The translations under genes and the position numbers were made by a program. From Vicugna vicugna (lineage: Eukaryota), in contig MU058054.1 of the NCBI GenBank assembly GCA_013265495.1, positions 1 through 64,000 on the forward strand: a stretch of 64,000 nt of DNA, given 5' to 3'. The notes beneath the pieces were generated by a model that did not search any database, was not told where the DNA came from, and was given only the letters and a program-made list of their open reading frames with translations. Shown in pieces: positions 49,845-64,000 of the stretch. Position 1 is the stretch's first letter. Each line of letters begins with the position of its first letter.

Positions 49845-51963
49845 CCCCACTGCATATGGGTATCCAGTTGTTCCAGCACTATTCATTGAAAAGACTTCTT
49901 TTTCAACTAAATTGTCTTTTACACCTAAGTCAAAGATCAGTCTTTCATATATATGTCGGTAAAAATATATACAAAGGGCCAATAAGCACATGAAAAGATG
50001 CTTAATATCATTAGTCATTAAAAAATGCACATCAAAACCACATACCACACAAAACCAGAAACACTTCAAAATTTCTAGGATGGCTATAATTACAAACAAA
50101 ACAGAAAACAAGAGTTGGTGAGGACATGGAGAAACTGGAACCCCTCATACACTGATGATGAGAATATTAAAATGGTGTAGATGCTGTGGAAAACAATTTG
50201 GCAATTCCCAAAAAAGTTAAACATGGAATTATCACTAAGACTCAGCAATTCCACTCGTAGGTATATACTACTACAAAGAATTGAAAGCAGGGACTCCAAC
50301 AGATGCCTGAACTCCAATGTTCATAACATCTTTATTCACAATAGCCAGAAGATAGAAGAAATCCACATGCCTACCAACAGATAAATGGATAAACAAAATG
50401 TGGTCTGTTCATACAATGGAATATATTATTCAACCATAAAAAAGAATGAAGTTCTGATACAATATGGATAAACCTTGAAAACACTATGTTAAGTGCAATA
50501 AGACAGACACAAAAGGGCAAATACTGTATCATTCCACTTATACATCTAGAACAGGCAAATTCATACAGACACAAAATGGATTAGGGGTTCGTAGCGGCTG
50601 AGGGAAGGAGGAATGGGAAGTTAATGTTTGATGGGTACAAAGTCAGTGTTTGGGGTGATGTAAATTCAGAAATAGTGGTAATCATTGCACAACAGTGTGA
50701 ATGTAATTAATACACTGAATTATACACTTAAAAATGTCATTCATAGTATATATATTTTACTACAATAAAAAGATTAATAAAATAGGTCTGAGACCTAAAT
50801 GTAAAACCTGTAACTACAAAACACCTAGAACACATAAAAGAAAATCTTTGTGACTTTGGGTTAGGTAAAGATTCCTTTAGATACAACCCCAAAACATACT
50901 CTTTTTTTTTAATTGATGAATTGGACTTCATCAAAATTAAGAAGTTATTTTTCTTTGAAAGACACTGTTAAAAATAAAATGAAAAGAGAAGCCAGACCGG
51001 GAGAAAATATTTACAAATCACATATCCATTAAAAGATTTGTAGCCAGAATACACAAAGAACTCTTAGAAGTCACTAAAAAGAAAGTAAACAATATAACAA
51101 AATTTAAAATGGGCAAAAGATCTGAATATACATCTCACCAAAGAAGATAAATATATGGATGACAAAAAAGTATATTAAAAGATATTCAGTATCCTTACTC
51201 TGTGGGAAATGCAAATTAAAACCACAATAAGATACACACCTATTAGAATGTCTAAAATCTTTAAAATGACAATATCAAGCATTGACAAGGATGTAGAGCA
51301 ACTGGAAAATTCATACACTGCAGGTGAGAATGTAAAATGACCCAACGCTTTAAAAAAGTTTGGCAGTTGCTTACAAAGTTAAACTTGTATCTATCATTTG
51401 ACTCTATTATTCCATTCCTAAGTAATTTATCCAAGAAGAATACAAGTATATAACAAAGATTTGAGACCCAATTTTCAAAGCAGCTTTGTTCTGACAAGCC
51501 AAAACCCAGAAACAACCCAAATGCCTATCAATGAGCAAATGAATAAAGAATGTTATATCCATAAAATTAAACACCACTCAGCAATCAAAAGGAATAAACT
51601 ACTGATACACACAAAATCTTACAACAGATCTTATAATCTTGAGTAAAAGAAGATCAGACCTCACCTCCTTCAAAAAAGTTAATAGAGAGTATATGCTCCA
51701 TGATTCCATTATATAAAATTTAAGGAAATGCAAACTGATCTATAGTGACAGAAAACACATCTAATCCAGGGGCTGGGTGGGAATGGAAGGGACAGCAGGT
51801 AGGGATTATTAAAGGGACGAGGAAACATTGGGGAGTTATGGATATGTTCACCATTTTTACTGTGGTGGTGATTTCACATAGTCAAAATGTATTAAACTGA
51901 ACATTTCAAATATGTGCAGTTCATAGTATGTCAAGGATGTATATAATAAAGTTGTTTAAAAAA
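49845..51963. mobile_element. L1 cluster: inverted stub (49845-49958), L1 (49960-50780, +) and L1 (50783-51963, +)
   Basis: ORF2 C-terminal peptides (MLWKTIWQFPKKLNMEL) and two separate 3'UTRs each ending aataaa. Confidence 0.8.
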
Positions 51964-54515
51964 ATAGTAATTAAAGCAAAATGACACACATACACAGGTG
52001 GGCGGGGGAGGCAGAAGGAAAAGGAGGATTAAGAACAGAACCTTGGGGAACTTGTACCACATTTTAGGCTCAAGTCAAGGAAGAAATAGCCAGATATTCA
52101 GAAAGAAAAACATGAGGAAATGATGTCCTCGACACCAAGGGAAAAGAGAATTTCAAAGTGACAGTGTTAAATGCTCAGAGGTCAGTTAGGATAAGAATTG
52201 AGAAGTGAATTTCATAACTAGCAAGTCACGGGTGATCTTGGCTGAACCTGTTTCAGTGGAATGTGGAGCAAAAGCCAGACTGCAACAGTTTCAGGTATGA
52301 ATGGTTACTGATTTAAACACTTAAATATGAGAACTCTGTTTTCATATCTGCTATAGGAAACCACGTATCTCAGATTTGTGAATTAATTACCATTCTGTTT
52401 TGAAACATCATAACCAATCCTGAAGGTCTCCGAAGTTCTATAATGTACAGTAATTAGAAGTTTTGCTAAGATAGGAGTTGAATATTATCTATTTTGGGGG
52501 TGTAGAATGAGTATCCTTTGGGTAATAACTCAGCCTCTCAATGTGGCCGAAATTGTTGTATACTTGTCAGTAGCTCTCGTTGAGGGTAAAAACATTTACC
52601 CTCGTTTAGAGTCATTAGATTTTCATTTTTTCTATGCTCCACTTTAGAGAAAGGATGAAACGTTCTAGTGGAGTTCATAATCAAGGATACCTACAAAGGC
52701 CGTGGAGGGTATCTCTTGTGAATATTAAGGGCTTGTTGTACAAGATTTTCAATGACCTGACCCCATAAGTATTAATCACTAATGTTTCATCTGTAAGAAA
52801 GAAAAGCATCGCCCACAATAATCAGGATATAATTATAATTTAAAGTATACAAAATGTGCAGAGAGAAAGTTAAGGTTTTAGAAATTTCATTTTTTTTAAC
52901 ATATTGTTCCATAGAGATGAACTGGACTAAAAAGAGAAAGGAATCACGTTGCAATTTACATAAACTCAAAACACTGGAAGGTAAAACCCAGATACATAAA
53001 ATAAACAAGGCTATTGAGATTCTGATGATAGAAACACTGAGCTAATCTAAGTGGTTGTACTTTCAACTGCTCTAAAAATATTCGCTATTCCACCTCACCA
53101 GCAGAAAGGAAAGCTAAAAATAGTCATCTTTCTGTTATAGAATATTTCTTGCTGGTCTTGGGGAAAGTGAAACTCAAATACCTATCTACAAATGTCAGCC
53201 TTAACATCTTTAATGAACATTCTGGTTTATTCAAACAAACAAAAACCTGGGCAACTAGGTAGTTTTTAAAAACCTAGCTGGAATTACAGAACTTCATCAT
53301 TAGGCTACTAGCCACCATTAAGACAGAAAGTTGTAGAAAATTTATTTCCTCCAATAAAAGACATATACCAAATCATCAACAAATTCACAATGCTTTAACT
53401 ATCTTTAATATGGGAAGTTTTTAAAGCAAGTAATATATAATGACGTGAGACCATAGCCATAAAATATTAAGGGAAAAATGCAAGACATAAACTTGAAATG
53501 TACAGCATAAGTAAAATTATTTATAGAATATATGCACTGAAAGATCAAGAGGCAGCAAAAACTGATTTCTCTGTAACTTAAAAAAATTTCCATATTGAGT
53601 ATGTATTGCTTTTATAATAACTTGTTTTACATATCTTATGTAGAAACCAATGTAAAATCACACACACAATAAATACACAGCTATGATGTTCTATTGCTAG
53701 ATCTTAACAATTCTCATGGTGGCAAATGCTTCACAATAAAACCTGGGTAAAGTTCTTTGGGGTACAACGTGAATTTTTCCACTCATACAGAATAAAAATT
53801 ACCAATACTAAGAAGTAGGAAACAACGCTGTAACATGTAATGAATACCATTTGACTCCAGCTCTGTTAAAATCCTTTGATTTTATTGCATCACATTCCAA
53901 TTGCAGGTTCCTAGTAAATTCATTTTCAATAAGCTTGCTACACTTTTCATCATTTTTCTCCTCTGGATTTAACTCTACTTGTCCTATTTATTTTGCCTTT
54001 ATAATTTCTCAGATAGTTTACTGAGTTAGCTGGTCTCCTGACAGATTTAAATTGAATGAATCTATATACACTCTCGGGTAACTTTAAAGCTAAAAGTATG
54101 GTAAATATTTTATCTGGCCTATCCTTTCACAGCTGGCATGCTATCAGGCTATTTTAAGTCAGAGGGGTTAAGAAACAGGACTGGGTCAAATCAAGCCAGC
54201 CAGCTATGAACCCAGTCTGATGATCGATGTTTAAATGCAAAAATAGAAAAAGGAAGCAGACTGTAATTGGGAAATTCATTTTCTTTCTTTTGAAAAAAAA
54301 AATTCATTTTCTTCTTTTTCTCTTGTTGGCAATACAACCAGCCCAAGACAGAAAAAAAGACTAAAATTTTGCTACTTGATGATAGAAGCTAAAAAACATT
54401 TTGGTGTACATTCTTCCTCCTATACACACACACTATGTGTACATAATGTACACATTGTTTCCCATAAAAATCTCACTAAATACTTTTCTTTTCTCACTTA
54501 AAAATGTATAATAAA

Positions 54516-54653
54516 GGGAACTATATTTAGTATCTTGTAGTAACCTATAATGATAAAGAACACGAAAAAGAATATATACATAAAATTGAATCAATACACT
54601 GTACACCAGAAACTAACACAGCACTATAAATCAACTACAATTCAGTTTTTTAT
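54516..54653 (+). mobile_element. Short L1 3' end with 13-bp TSD
   Basis: gggaactatatttagtatcttgtagtaacctataatg...tgtacaccagaaactaacaca flanked by AATGTATAATAAA at 54503-54515 and 54654-54666. Confidence 0.8.
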
Positions 54654-57600
54654 AATGTATAATAAAAAATCTCTCCATGTCAATAAACCTATCTCTGTCA
54701 CCATTTTAAGTGGCTACAAGTATTCTATTACATAGATATGCCATAATTTAACCGATCTCCCATTGTTGGGCATTTAGGTTGTTTTCAACTTTTTCCTACT
54801 AGAAACTATGCCTTGATGAATCTTAATCCTCTCTCCCTGGTGTGTGTGTTCATTTATATGATCTTTATTTCCTTAGGACAAACTCTTAGAAAAGGAATGA
54901 GTGGGTCAAAAGATATACATATTTTTAAAGCTTTTGTACAAGTTGCCAGATTGCTTCCAGCAATGTTCACTTGCATAAGTAAGTGGTACACGAGAGTTCT
55001 AAAGTTCCTGGCCAACATCGGTCACTAGATTAAAAACATCTTAACTGTCTAAAATTTGCATTGCTTTGCCTACTCTGTAAGTTGACTACTCTTCATAGTC
55101 TTACTGTCTTTCGTTTTTAAATCACTATTTGTATCAGTCATCTTGTAATTTTTTCTTTTGATGCTTCAAAACTGAGAAATGACCATTGCTTTTAGTGACA
55201 TAATGGTCATTCACTGATGACCTAGATGATAGCAGCTTGTTTGGCATGGATTAAGTGAAAACCATTTGGAAAGGGTTCATGAGAGAAAGAGAGGAAAGAA
55301 ATGAGAGACAATGAACTGAAACATTCCTGGTAAGGATTTTTGTGAAATAAAAGAAAATGGGGGTATAGCTGGAAGGAAATTAGGAGAAAAGTAGTTTGTT
55401 TTTTCAAGATGGGAAAGTTAGCATAAAATTGTGTATTATGGAATGACCTGGTAAATAGGCAAAAAACTGATGATAGAGAAGAGAGAAAGAAGAATTACTA
55501 AGCAATGTCTTTGAATAAGCAAGCGAATGAGATCTAATGCACAAGTGTAAGGATTGACCTTGGCCCAGAGACCAAACAACTTATACAGTATCAAAAGAAA
55601 ATGTATATAGCATATGGGCGGAGAGGTAAATAGGTGTGTATGAGGTACTTATGACTGTGGGAACTTTAAGAAGTTAACTTTTGACTGGTTCCATTTTCAT
55701 GGTAAAGAAGAAATAACAAGCAAAGTCATGAGCTAAGAGTCAGAGTGGAAGAATAGCTGTTTGCGAGAGAATAATGTGTCGTGAGAATAAGATATGAAAT
55801 AGTCATTCAGCAAAATGGGAAGAGTGTGTGAACCAGAGTAGCACTGTCTGATGGCTGGGTAGGATTAAGCACTCCTGTCCATACACAAATCATTTCTAGC
55901 AGCTTTACATATATTAAAGATATGTAATATAGTCATATAATTATTTTCCTTTTATTTATTTTTGCCATTTAATGTAATTTAAAAAATTTTGAGTACTCAT
56001 AATGAAATTTCAATGCTTTCTCTCCTGAAGGAAAATTTCTTCCTAACCTCAACATTATTTAAATATTTTTATGCAGTTTAATGCACTATTTATGCACTTA
56101 TTTTAATGCAACCTATATTTCCCTCTGATATCACTTTAGTTTCATTTTAAGCATTTAAATCTTTAAGCCATTTTGATATTATTCTGACAAGTTGGAGGTA
56201 GAAATCTTACTTTTTAATGGTTAATTAGGTACTCCTGAACAATTCAGCATCCAATTCATGCCACTAATTAGAAATTTCACTTTTATGTTACTTTAAAATT
56301 ATATTTCTACTTCATTAATTGCTTATTCAGGCATCAGTTCCACAGTTTCAATTACTAGGTCTTTGCTACATATATAGATAGTTGTGTTTTATATGTGGGA
56401 TAGCATACACTTCATCTTCAGAATTTCTCTTATTTTTTTCTTCTAGATTATACTGGATATTTCAGTCATGCTACCTACCACATCCAACTTCCCATCCTAG
56501 TTGACTCTTCCCAGCCCATACCTTCTACCAGGCAAGCAGCTCTAGGCTGTTTTCTATACTGAACAGCCATTGTTGGCAATAGGGAGCCTAATTCTCCCAG
56601 GGCTGGCCTATCCACAGGGCAACCCATAAAATGACTATGCCTGAAGGAATCCATCCATGCATTAGCAACATATTAACTAAAATCAATTCAAACTAGCTTC
56701 TCCTAGGATTTGGAGTGTGGAACATACAGGGTCTCCAGAGCCAAACAAAATAGATGCTTAGAAAGAAAAAGAGATGCCACAGAGCATGCACATTATCAGT
56801 CAGAGAAAGCACATAATCATAATTTTGTAATTCTGGTTTTAATTTTTGTATAGCCTTACAATAAACCTTTCTTAGATAGCCTGAGGTATCACCGCTCCTT
56901 GCAATAAGGAAAAAACCTACAAACACAAAAGAAACTTTAAAATCATTTGATAAAGCTCTCTTTCTCTTCCCTTATCTCCCCTTCTATTAAATTGGATTTT
57001 TAATTACAACTATGCTAAATTTATTGAGAATAGACATCTTTCAAAGGACACTGTCTTTCTATATATTCAAGTCTTTGGGGGGATCATAAGCTTTCTTTTC
57101 TTCAAGTAAGTTCTATAAATTTGATGAGTATTCTCTTGTATGCTTGTTGTTGTTGTGGCATGAGATTTTTCTCCAATTTTCTATCTAGTTCTTAGCAAAC
57201 CTAACAGTATTTCTCATAGTGTGGGCCATGAGAATACAGCATAAGCTGTTCTAAAGGGAAAAATGTTCCGTGCTCAAAGAATTTTAGCAAGTTGTTGCAT
57301 AAAACATCTCCCACTTAAAGAGATTCATAGAGCATATTATCATATTTAAAACCCTGAGAAATTCTGCAGTAACAAAGCTTATTTAAATTTAAGTTTCCAA
57401 ACGTAATGCGACATGGTCAAAGAATACCGACTGACATCCCAGGGAACCAGTATCCAAGGGTCACATTTTGTAAAGCAGTCGTATATAAACTAATAGACAT
57501 TTCTTGTATTCAGCCACTTCCATTCCCCTAAAAGGCATTTTTGCTTGTGATTTACTTCCAGTCTCAGAATGGAGCATATGACCAAAGTCCAAGCTGAGAA

Positions 57601-57849
57601 GTGCACTGCATTCCCCTGCAGGGCTGCTTGGCTGGACGTGGCATTTAAAATAGCTCAATCACCGTGAACCTCAGGACTTATCTTGGGAATGTAGGGACAA
57701 AGATTTTTTCTCTTTTGGGCTACATTTGAATCTGGAAGGATTTCAAGAACTGCTGGGAACTATATATACATAATGTCTAAAAAAGATCAGACCAAGCTCA
57801 AGGAAGCAGAGTCACAAAATAAAGAATATAAAACAGATTTGCTATACAA

Positions 57850-60800
57850 ACAGTCACTCAATAAATATTTATTGAGCACCTAATACATGTAAGACATTAT
57901 TCTAGGTGCTTGGGATAATCAATGAAGAAGAAACCAAAAACCTCTGCCCTTATGGCACCTACTTTTCAATGGCAAAAGAAAGATAATAAATGATATCACA
58001 ATAAATAAAAAGTATGTGAGAAAGTGATAAACATTATGGAAAAAATAGTGCAGAGTAATAGGGATTAGAAAGAATGAAGTGGAATTTTAAATAGGGTAGT
58101 CTGGGTAAGTCTTTTAAAAAAATATTAATATCTTGACTTGAAGGAGGTGAAGGAGATCGTCACGTGAGTACCTTGGGAAGAGGTAAATACCCACGCCAAG
58201 GCCCCAATATAAGAGCATACAGCATACAGTGTATCCAAAGAACAGCAAGAAAGCCACAGTGGTGAGGGCAAAGTTAAAGAACACCAGTAAATGGTGATAT
58301 CGAATGGGTAAAGACAAGACAGAGCTAGATCACAAGGATTTTGGATTTTACGCTGAGTCACATGAGGGGCCAGTGGAGAGCTTTAAACAGAGAAGAAACA
58401 TGATTAAAAGAATCATTTAAAAGAATCACTCTGGCTGCTAAGTTGAAAATATTGTAAAGGAGGCAAAAGTAGAAGTAGTGATCAACACAATAATCCAGGT
58501 AAGAGATGGCAGTGGCTCAGATCAGGGTAGTGGCAGTGAAGGTTATGAGAAATGGTCAGATTCTGAATATATTTTAAAGATAGAGTCAACAGAATTTCCT
58601 AACTAATTAGATTGGGACATAATAAAAAAAGAAGAATCCAGGATGGCTCTAAAGATTTTGGCTTGGAGACACGGCCCTACCCACCAGAGGTCCAGGACCA
58701 AGCTTCACCCAGCAGTGGGCAAGCACTGACTCATCCTGTCAAGAAACCTGCATAAGCCTCTAATCCAGCCTCATCCAGCAGGGGGCAGATATCAGAAAAA
58801 AGAAAATAACAATCTCAAAGCCTGTGGAAGGAATCCACACAGGCCAGACTCTACACTAGGACCAGCTGGACCCTGGCCCTTGGGTGACAAGAGAGGAGTG
58901 TACTGCTGGGACACACAAGATGTCTCCAACAGAAGGCCACTTCTCCAATGTTAAGAAACGTAACTAACCTACCTAAAAATACAAATAGAAAGATAGACAA
59001 TATGAAGTGGCAGAAGAATATCTTCCAGGCCAAGGCACAACATAAAATCCCAGAAGAAGAAATAAGTGATGAGAAGATAAGCAATTTATCTGAGAAAGAG
59101 TTTAAAGTAATGATGGCGAAGGTGTTCAGAGAACTCAAGAGGAGTATAGATGCAGAGAGCAAAGTTTTTAGCAAAGAGTTGGAAAATATAAAGAATACCC
59201 AGAGTTGAAGAATAAAATCACTGAAATGAATAACACACTGGACGGAACCAAGAATAGACTAAATGAGGCAGAAGAATGGATCAGTGAGCTAGAAGACAGA
59301 TTAGCAGAACAGAAAAAAGAATGAAAAGACATGAGGATAGTTTAAGAGAACTCTAGGACAACATGAAGCACACCAACACTTACATTATAGAGGTCCCAGA
59401 AAGAGAAGAGAAAGAACCTGAGAAAATTTCTGAAGCGATAACTAAAAACTTCTCCAACTTGCAAAAGGAAAGTCACCCAAGTCCAAGAAGCACAGTGTGT
59501 TCCACACAGGATCAACCCAAAGAGGAACACACCAAGGCATACAGTCATCAAACTGACACAAATTAAGGATAAGTAGAAAATATTAAAATTAGCAAGAGAA
59601 AAGCAACAAATAACATACAAGGGAACTCCCATAAGGTTATCAGCTGATTTTTCAACAGAAATCCTACAGGCCAGAAGGGAGTGGTGTGACATATTTAAAG
59701 TGATGAAAGGGAAAAACATACAACCAAGAATACCCTATCCAGCAAAGCTCTCGTTCAGATTTGATGGAACAATCAAAAGCTTCACAGGTAAACAAAAGCT
59801 AAAAGAATTCAGCACCACCAAGCCAGCTTTGCAACAAATGTTAAAGGAACTTCCCTAGTCATCAAACCACAAGAAAAGAGAACAAAAAGAAGAAAGAGAA
59901 AAAAAAAGACCTACCAAAGGTTGCTTTGGCAATTCGGGGTCTTTTATGGTTCCATATAAACTATTCTAGTTTTGTGAAAAGTGTCATGAGTATTTTGACA
60001 GGGGTTACACTGGATCTGTTTTGATAATATTGATTCTTCCAATCCAAGAGCACAAGATACCTTTCCATTTCTTTGTATCATCTTCAATTTCCTCTATCAA
60101 TGTTTTACAGTTTTCAGAGTATAGGTAACCTCCTTGGTTAAGTTTATTTCTAGGTATTTTGTTGTTTTTGATGTAATGGGAATGTTTATGTCAGTTATAA
60201 AATTCTGGTTTTTGAAGTGAAAAAAAAAAGTGAGTAAAGGGCCACAAATGGCAAAATATCCTTTTTATGGGTGAGCTGTATTCCGTTTCATATATATGTA
60301 CATTTTCTTTATCCATTCATCTACTGATGTGCACTTAGGATGCTTTCATATCTTGGCAATTATAAATAATGTTGCTGTTAATAGCGGGTGTATGTATCTT
60401 TTTGAATTAATGTTTTTGTTTTTCTCAGATATATGCCCAGAAGTGGAACTGCTGGGCCATATGGTGGTTCTAATTTTAGGTTTTTGAGAAACCTCCATAT
60501 TGTTTTCCACAGTGGCTGCACCAATTTACATTCCCACCAACAGTGTACAAGGGTTCCCTTTTCTCCATATCCCTGCCAACATTTATTTGTGTCCTTTTTG
60601 ATGATGGCCATTCTGACAGGTGTGAGATAATATCTCATTGTGATTTGGATTTGCATTTCCCTGCTATTAGTGATGTTGAACAACTTTTCATGTTCCTGTG
60701 GGCCATCTGCATTTCCTCCTTTGGAAAAATGTCTGTTCAGTTGTTCTGCCCATATTTTAAATGGGTTGGTTGGTTGGTTGGTTGTTTTAATGGAAATACA

Positions 60801-61930
60801 GTTGATTTAAAATGCTGTATTAGTTTCTGGTATACAGCATGGGTGGACTTGGAGGGCATTATGCTAAGTGGAATAAATCGGACAAAGACAAATACTGTAA
60901 GATATCACTTACATGTGGAATCTAAAAAAAATAATACAACAAACCAGTGAATGTAACAGAAAAGAAACAGACTCACAGATGTAGAGAAGGAACTAGTGGT
61001 TACCAGTGGGGAGAGAGAGGGGGAGGGGCAAGATGGAGAGAGAGGGGGGAGAGGTACAAACTATCAAGTATAAAATAACCTACAGGGATATACTGTACAA
61101 CATGGGGAATGTAGACAACATTTTATAATAATAGAACTATAAATAGAGTATAACCTTTAAAACTTTGTGAGTCACTATACTGTATACCCGAAACATAATA
61201 TTGTACATCAACTATACTTCAATTTTTAAAATATGATATTATAAAATAAATACATAAATAAATTTTAAATGGTTTAGAAATCTTTTTAAATTACTGAAAA
61301 AGAAAAAAAGATTCTTAGCTTGAGCAACTAGACAGACGGAAGATGCCCTTAACCAAGACAATGACTGTGGGTAGAATTTGTTTTGGAAGAGAGAACAAAA
61401 ATTCACTTCTGGACAAATTAAGTTTGAGATACACATCTAAACAGTGATTTTATATAGGCAGGTTGATGAGACTCTGGAACTCAGAGGACTTGGCTAGAGA
61501 TATAAATTCAGGGTCATTAATGTTTAGTTATTATTTAAAGACTTGAGACTAGATAAAATCACCAAGGAAGGAAGTATAGACAGAAAAGAGGTCTGGGAGA
61601 AGAAGAGGAACAAGAAAAGAAGTGTAAGAAGAAATGACCAGTGAGACAGAAGGAAAATCGAAGAGAGAGAATAGTGCCCTGGACTATTTTGTCCAGTGAC
61701 TGGAACCTGCAAGTAGCACCCGACTAGCTGTGTCAAATGCTGCTAACAGATCAAGTAAGCAGGGGACTGAGAACGCACCATGGGCTTTGGCATCACAGAT
61801 CCTCCTGACAGGGCAAGTTTCAGTGGAGTGACTGGAATAATAGCATGAGTGGAATAGATTTACAGGAGAATGAAAAACTGAGGAATCGGGGATGGAGACT
61901 ACAGAAGACTTGTTCATGGAATTAAGCAGA
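57850..61930 (-). mobile_element. L2 remnant split by a later insertion (57850-58665 and 61307-61930)
   Basis: Reversed L2 3' end ctcaataaatatttattgagcacc; L2 sequence stops at ...ttttggcttg and resumes at gcttgagcaact. Confidence 0.75.
58666..61306 (+). mobile_element. Composite L1-derived element: 5'UTR part, disrupted ORF1 (59002-59858), inverted ORF2 pieces, L1 3'UTR and A-rich tail
   Basis: ORF1p peptide MKWQKNIFQAK...ISNLSEKEFKVMM and the ORF1 end (aaagaattcagcaccacc...aaaggaacttccctag). No sense-strand EN/RT region. Imperfect TSD at 58651-58665 and 61307-61322. Confidence 0.8.
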
Positions 61931-64000
61931 GGGTCAAGAGAAGGATCATGGTGATGCTCGCTGAGCTCAGCATCACACCTCTTATTCTTTGGTTGTATAA
62001 AGTAATGGATTAGCTTTTACATTTATGCCAGTTTTGGGTGGATTCTCTATCATTCGCAGTAAAAAAGAATACTGATTTTTTTTTACAGTAACTTTTAATT
62101 AGCTCTCATGCTGAACTCAATTCTAACAATTCCTCACAACTGATTTTCTAGTAATTTTCTTGTATGAGAGTTCTTGTATAAAAGGAGCTAGAAGTTTCTA
62201 GCTATATTACAACTCTAGACTAGAAAGGAAAATTACTTTAGTGTTTCAGTAACTACCTGGTAGTACAGACTGAAACACAATGACTAGGCACTTACGTTTT
62301 TCTTAAATGTGTCATTTTCTCTAGCTGAGTAAGCATTAAGTATTTACCGTGAATTTTCTTCTGGTTTATAAATGTTGACCCTTTTTTGTCATCATATTAC
62401 TATTAGTTGTATAATTGCATTTGGATATAGTTTAACAGCCATTTTCAAATCCATTTATGCTATCCTTTCTTTCTTAAGTGAAGTATAAGGGTAAAATATT
62501 AACATTTGAGGAGCAACCTAAATTCATGAGCCCAGAAAAGGCTCCAAAAACTATAACTACCTAATATAAATATTAGGGATTTAAGAACAATTACCCATAA
62601 CTGATTTCGTATTTACAACAGACTAACTAGAAAGTCCAGGCATTTTGGTAAATACTGATTTATGCTCTTAAAGTATACTACTTAAGAGAACTCAGTCTTA
62701 TAAACTATTATGTTTACTTCCCTGCAGGAAGAAATGGAATTTCCTTCTGATAAGGATTAAGAGGACTCATGAGGTGAAGGTGGTGGCAAGTGAACCCATA
62801 CCCAAGCATATTTGTTACGAATAGTGATCAGAGGGAAAACAGTTTTAAGTTAATGGATAATTCCTGACAAATATTTAAATTACAGAAGCATGTGCAAATA
62901 GCTATTACCATCTTGAACTCCCATCTCTAAGCAGAGAAACTATAGGTTAAAAAGCAGAAATGAGTATCAAGATTAATCTAATGGAACTGACCCAGAAGAA
63001 TGGTCAAGCAAAAGTGAGCTTCTAGGATTTAGCTCCTTGCTCAAAGCCACCTTTCCTCTATGGTGCCTAATAATCATAAATAACGCCAGAAATTCTGTTT
63101 GACAACAGTCCCCGGGTGAGAAGAGTGTGATTCACTTGATCAGTCTGTTTCTCTGCTCCTCTCCTAACAAGAGCATCTTACCATGCTCACTAATGATTTT
63201 TCACACAACATGCCCCTAAACGTAAGCCAACTTCATCTATGTTCAACAACAACAACAAGAAAAAACCAGGAATCTGACCCAATGCTGGAGGAAACCTTAC
63301 TGTGCTATGTATCTATTTACACATGGTACACTATTGTAACTGAAGAATTTCAGGAATTCTCAGCAGTCAGGTTACTACATTGACTTTTAGAACCAACTCC
63401 CTTCACTCTACAGATCAGACTGTTTTCTTATTTTACAGACATTGGAAAGAAAACGGAGGAGTTTTGTGAAGGCTAGTAAGAGGTGCATCTAAAGGCCTGG
63501 AAAAAAATGCCACAGTAAGGAGCTAAAGGCACTAGACGCCTAAGAAGCAGGCAGAAGGAAGCGGCAGAAGCATGAAGACAGACAAATAGGAAGATGCCAA
63601 AGACAACTTCCCACTGAAATTTGGCCTGGGCCAGTTTTGCACCAAGGTAAGAGAGTATTTTCTTCCTGCTCCTCCAGTTCACCTTCTGTACCACAAAACC
63701 TTCCATTCAGAAAATCTGTAAGGTCTAAAAATCAAAGAGTATTTTCCTCATGGGCACAGAGATAGGTGTTTAACCATCATTTTTAGCCTTGATGAGGAAG
63801 AAAAGGGGATGCAAATGGCTTAATATCTCTAACATACACATTCTCATATCTTTCTTTTCCTCTCTCCAACTCTGGGTGCAAGTGAATATACTCTGTCTTT
63901 TACACACACATATTTATGCATGCAAATGCATGTATATGCAAACTAGAGTATAAAAAAATCAACTGGAAAAATAAGAATCACCTTTAATTGAATCAATATC

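Noticed and set aside
45736..64000. PIAS1 exon 2 or a nested gene in the right-hand 18 kb
   Set aside because: No SAP-domain or ...LIKPTSL coding sequence found; the ORFs there are repeat-derived or random, so this is intron 2.
1..64000. CRISPR array, operon, rRNA/snRNA gene, U12-type intron
   Set aside because: Mammalian DNA with no such repeats or motifs seen; all PIAS1 donors are U2-type GT with no GTATCCTT.

Overview
Mammalian genomic DNA, probably camelid (inferred from five copies of a tRNA-derived SINE resembling camelid Vic-1). The window holds the 3' part of PIAS1 (SUMO E3 ligase) on the minus strand: 12 GT-AG coding exons (human exons 3-14, 45735 down to TGA at 6738-6740) that splice into one 1487-nt frame covering PINIT, SP-RING, SIM and the C-terminus, plus a ~3.7-kb 3'UTR. 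Exons 1-2 lie beyond 64000. Converging tail-to-tail on the plus strand is the last coding exon of CALML4 (294-391), which the ORF track misses. Introns are filled with L1, L2, MIR, hAT and MaLR relics. I see no wholly new gene system. The best leads are (1) a sharply GC/CpG-converted PIAS1 last exon, suggesting GC-biased gene conversion or a new exonic CpG island; (2) a 2.6-kb TSD-flanked ORF1-only (HAL1-like) composite retroelement; (3) possible CALML4/PIAS1 3' overlap; (4) a 3'UTR hairpin and Pumilio-site cluster. Human/mouse comparisons and repeat-family names are from memory, not searches. Repeat boundaries are approximate.
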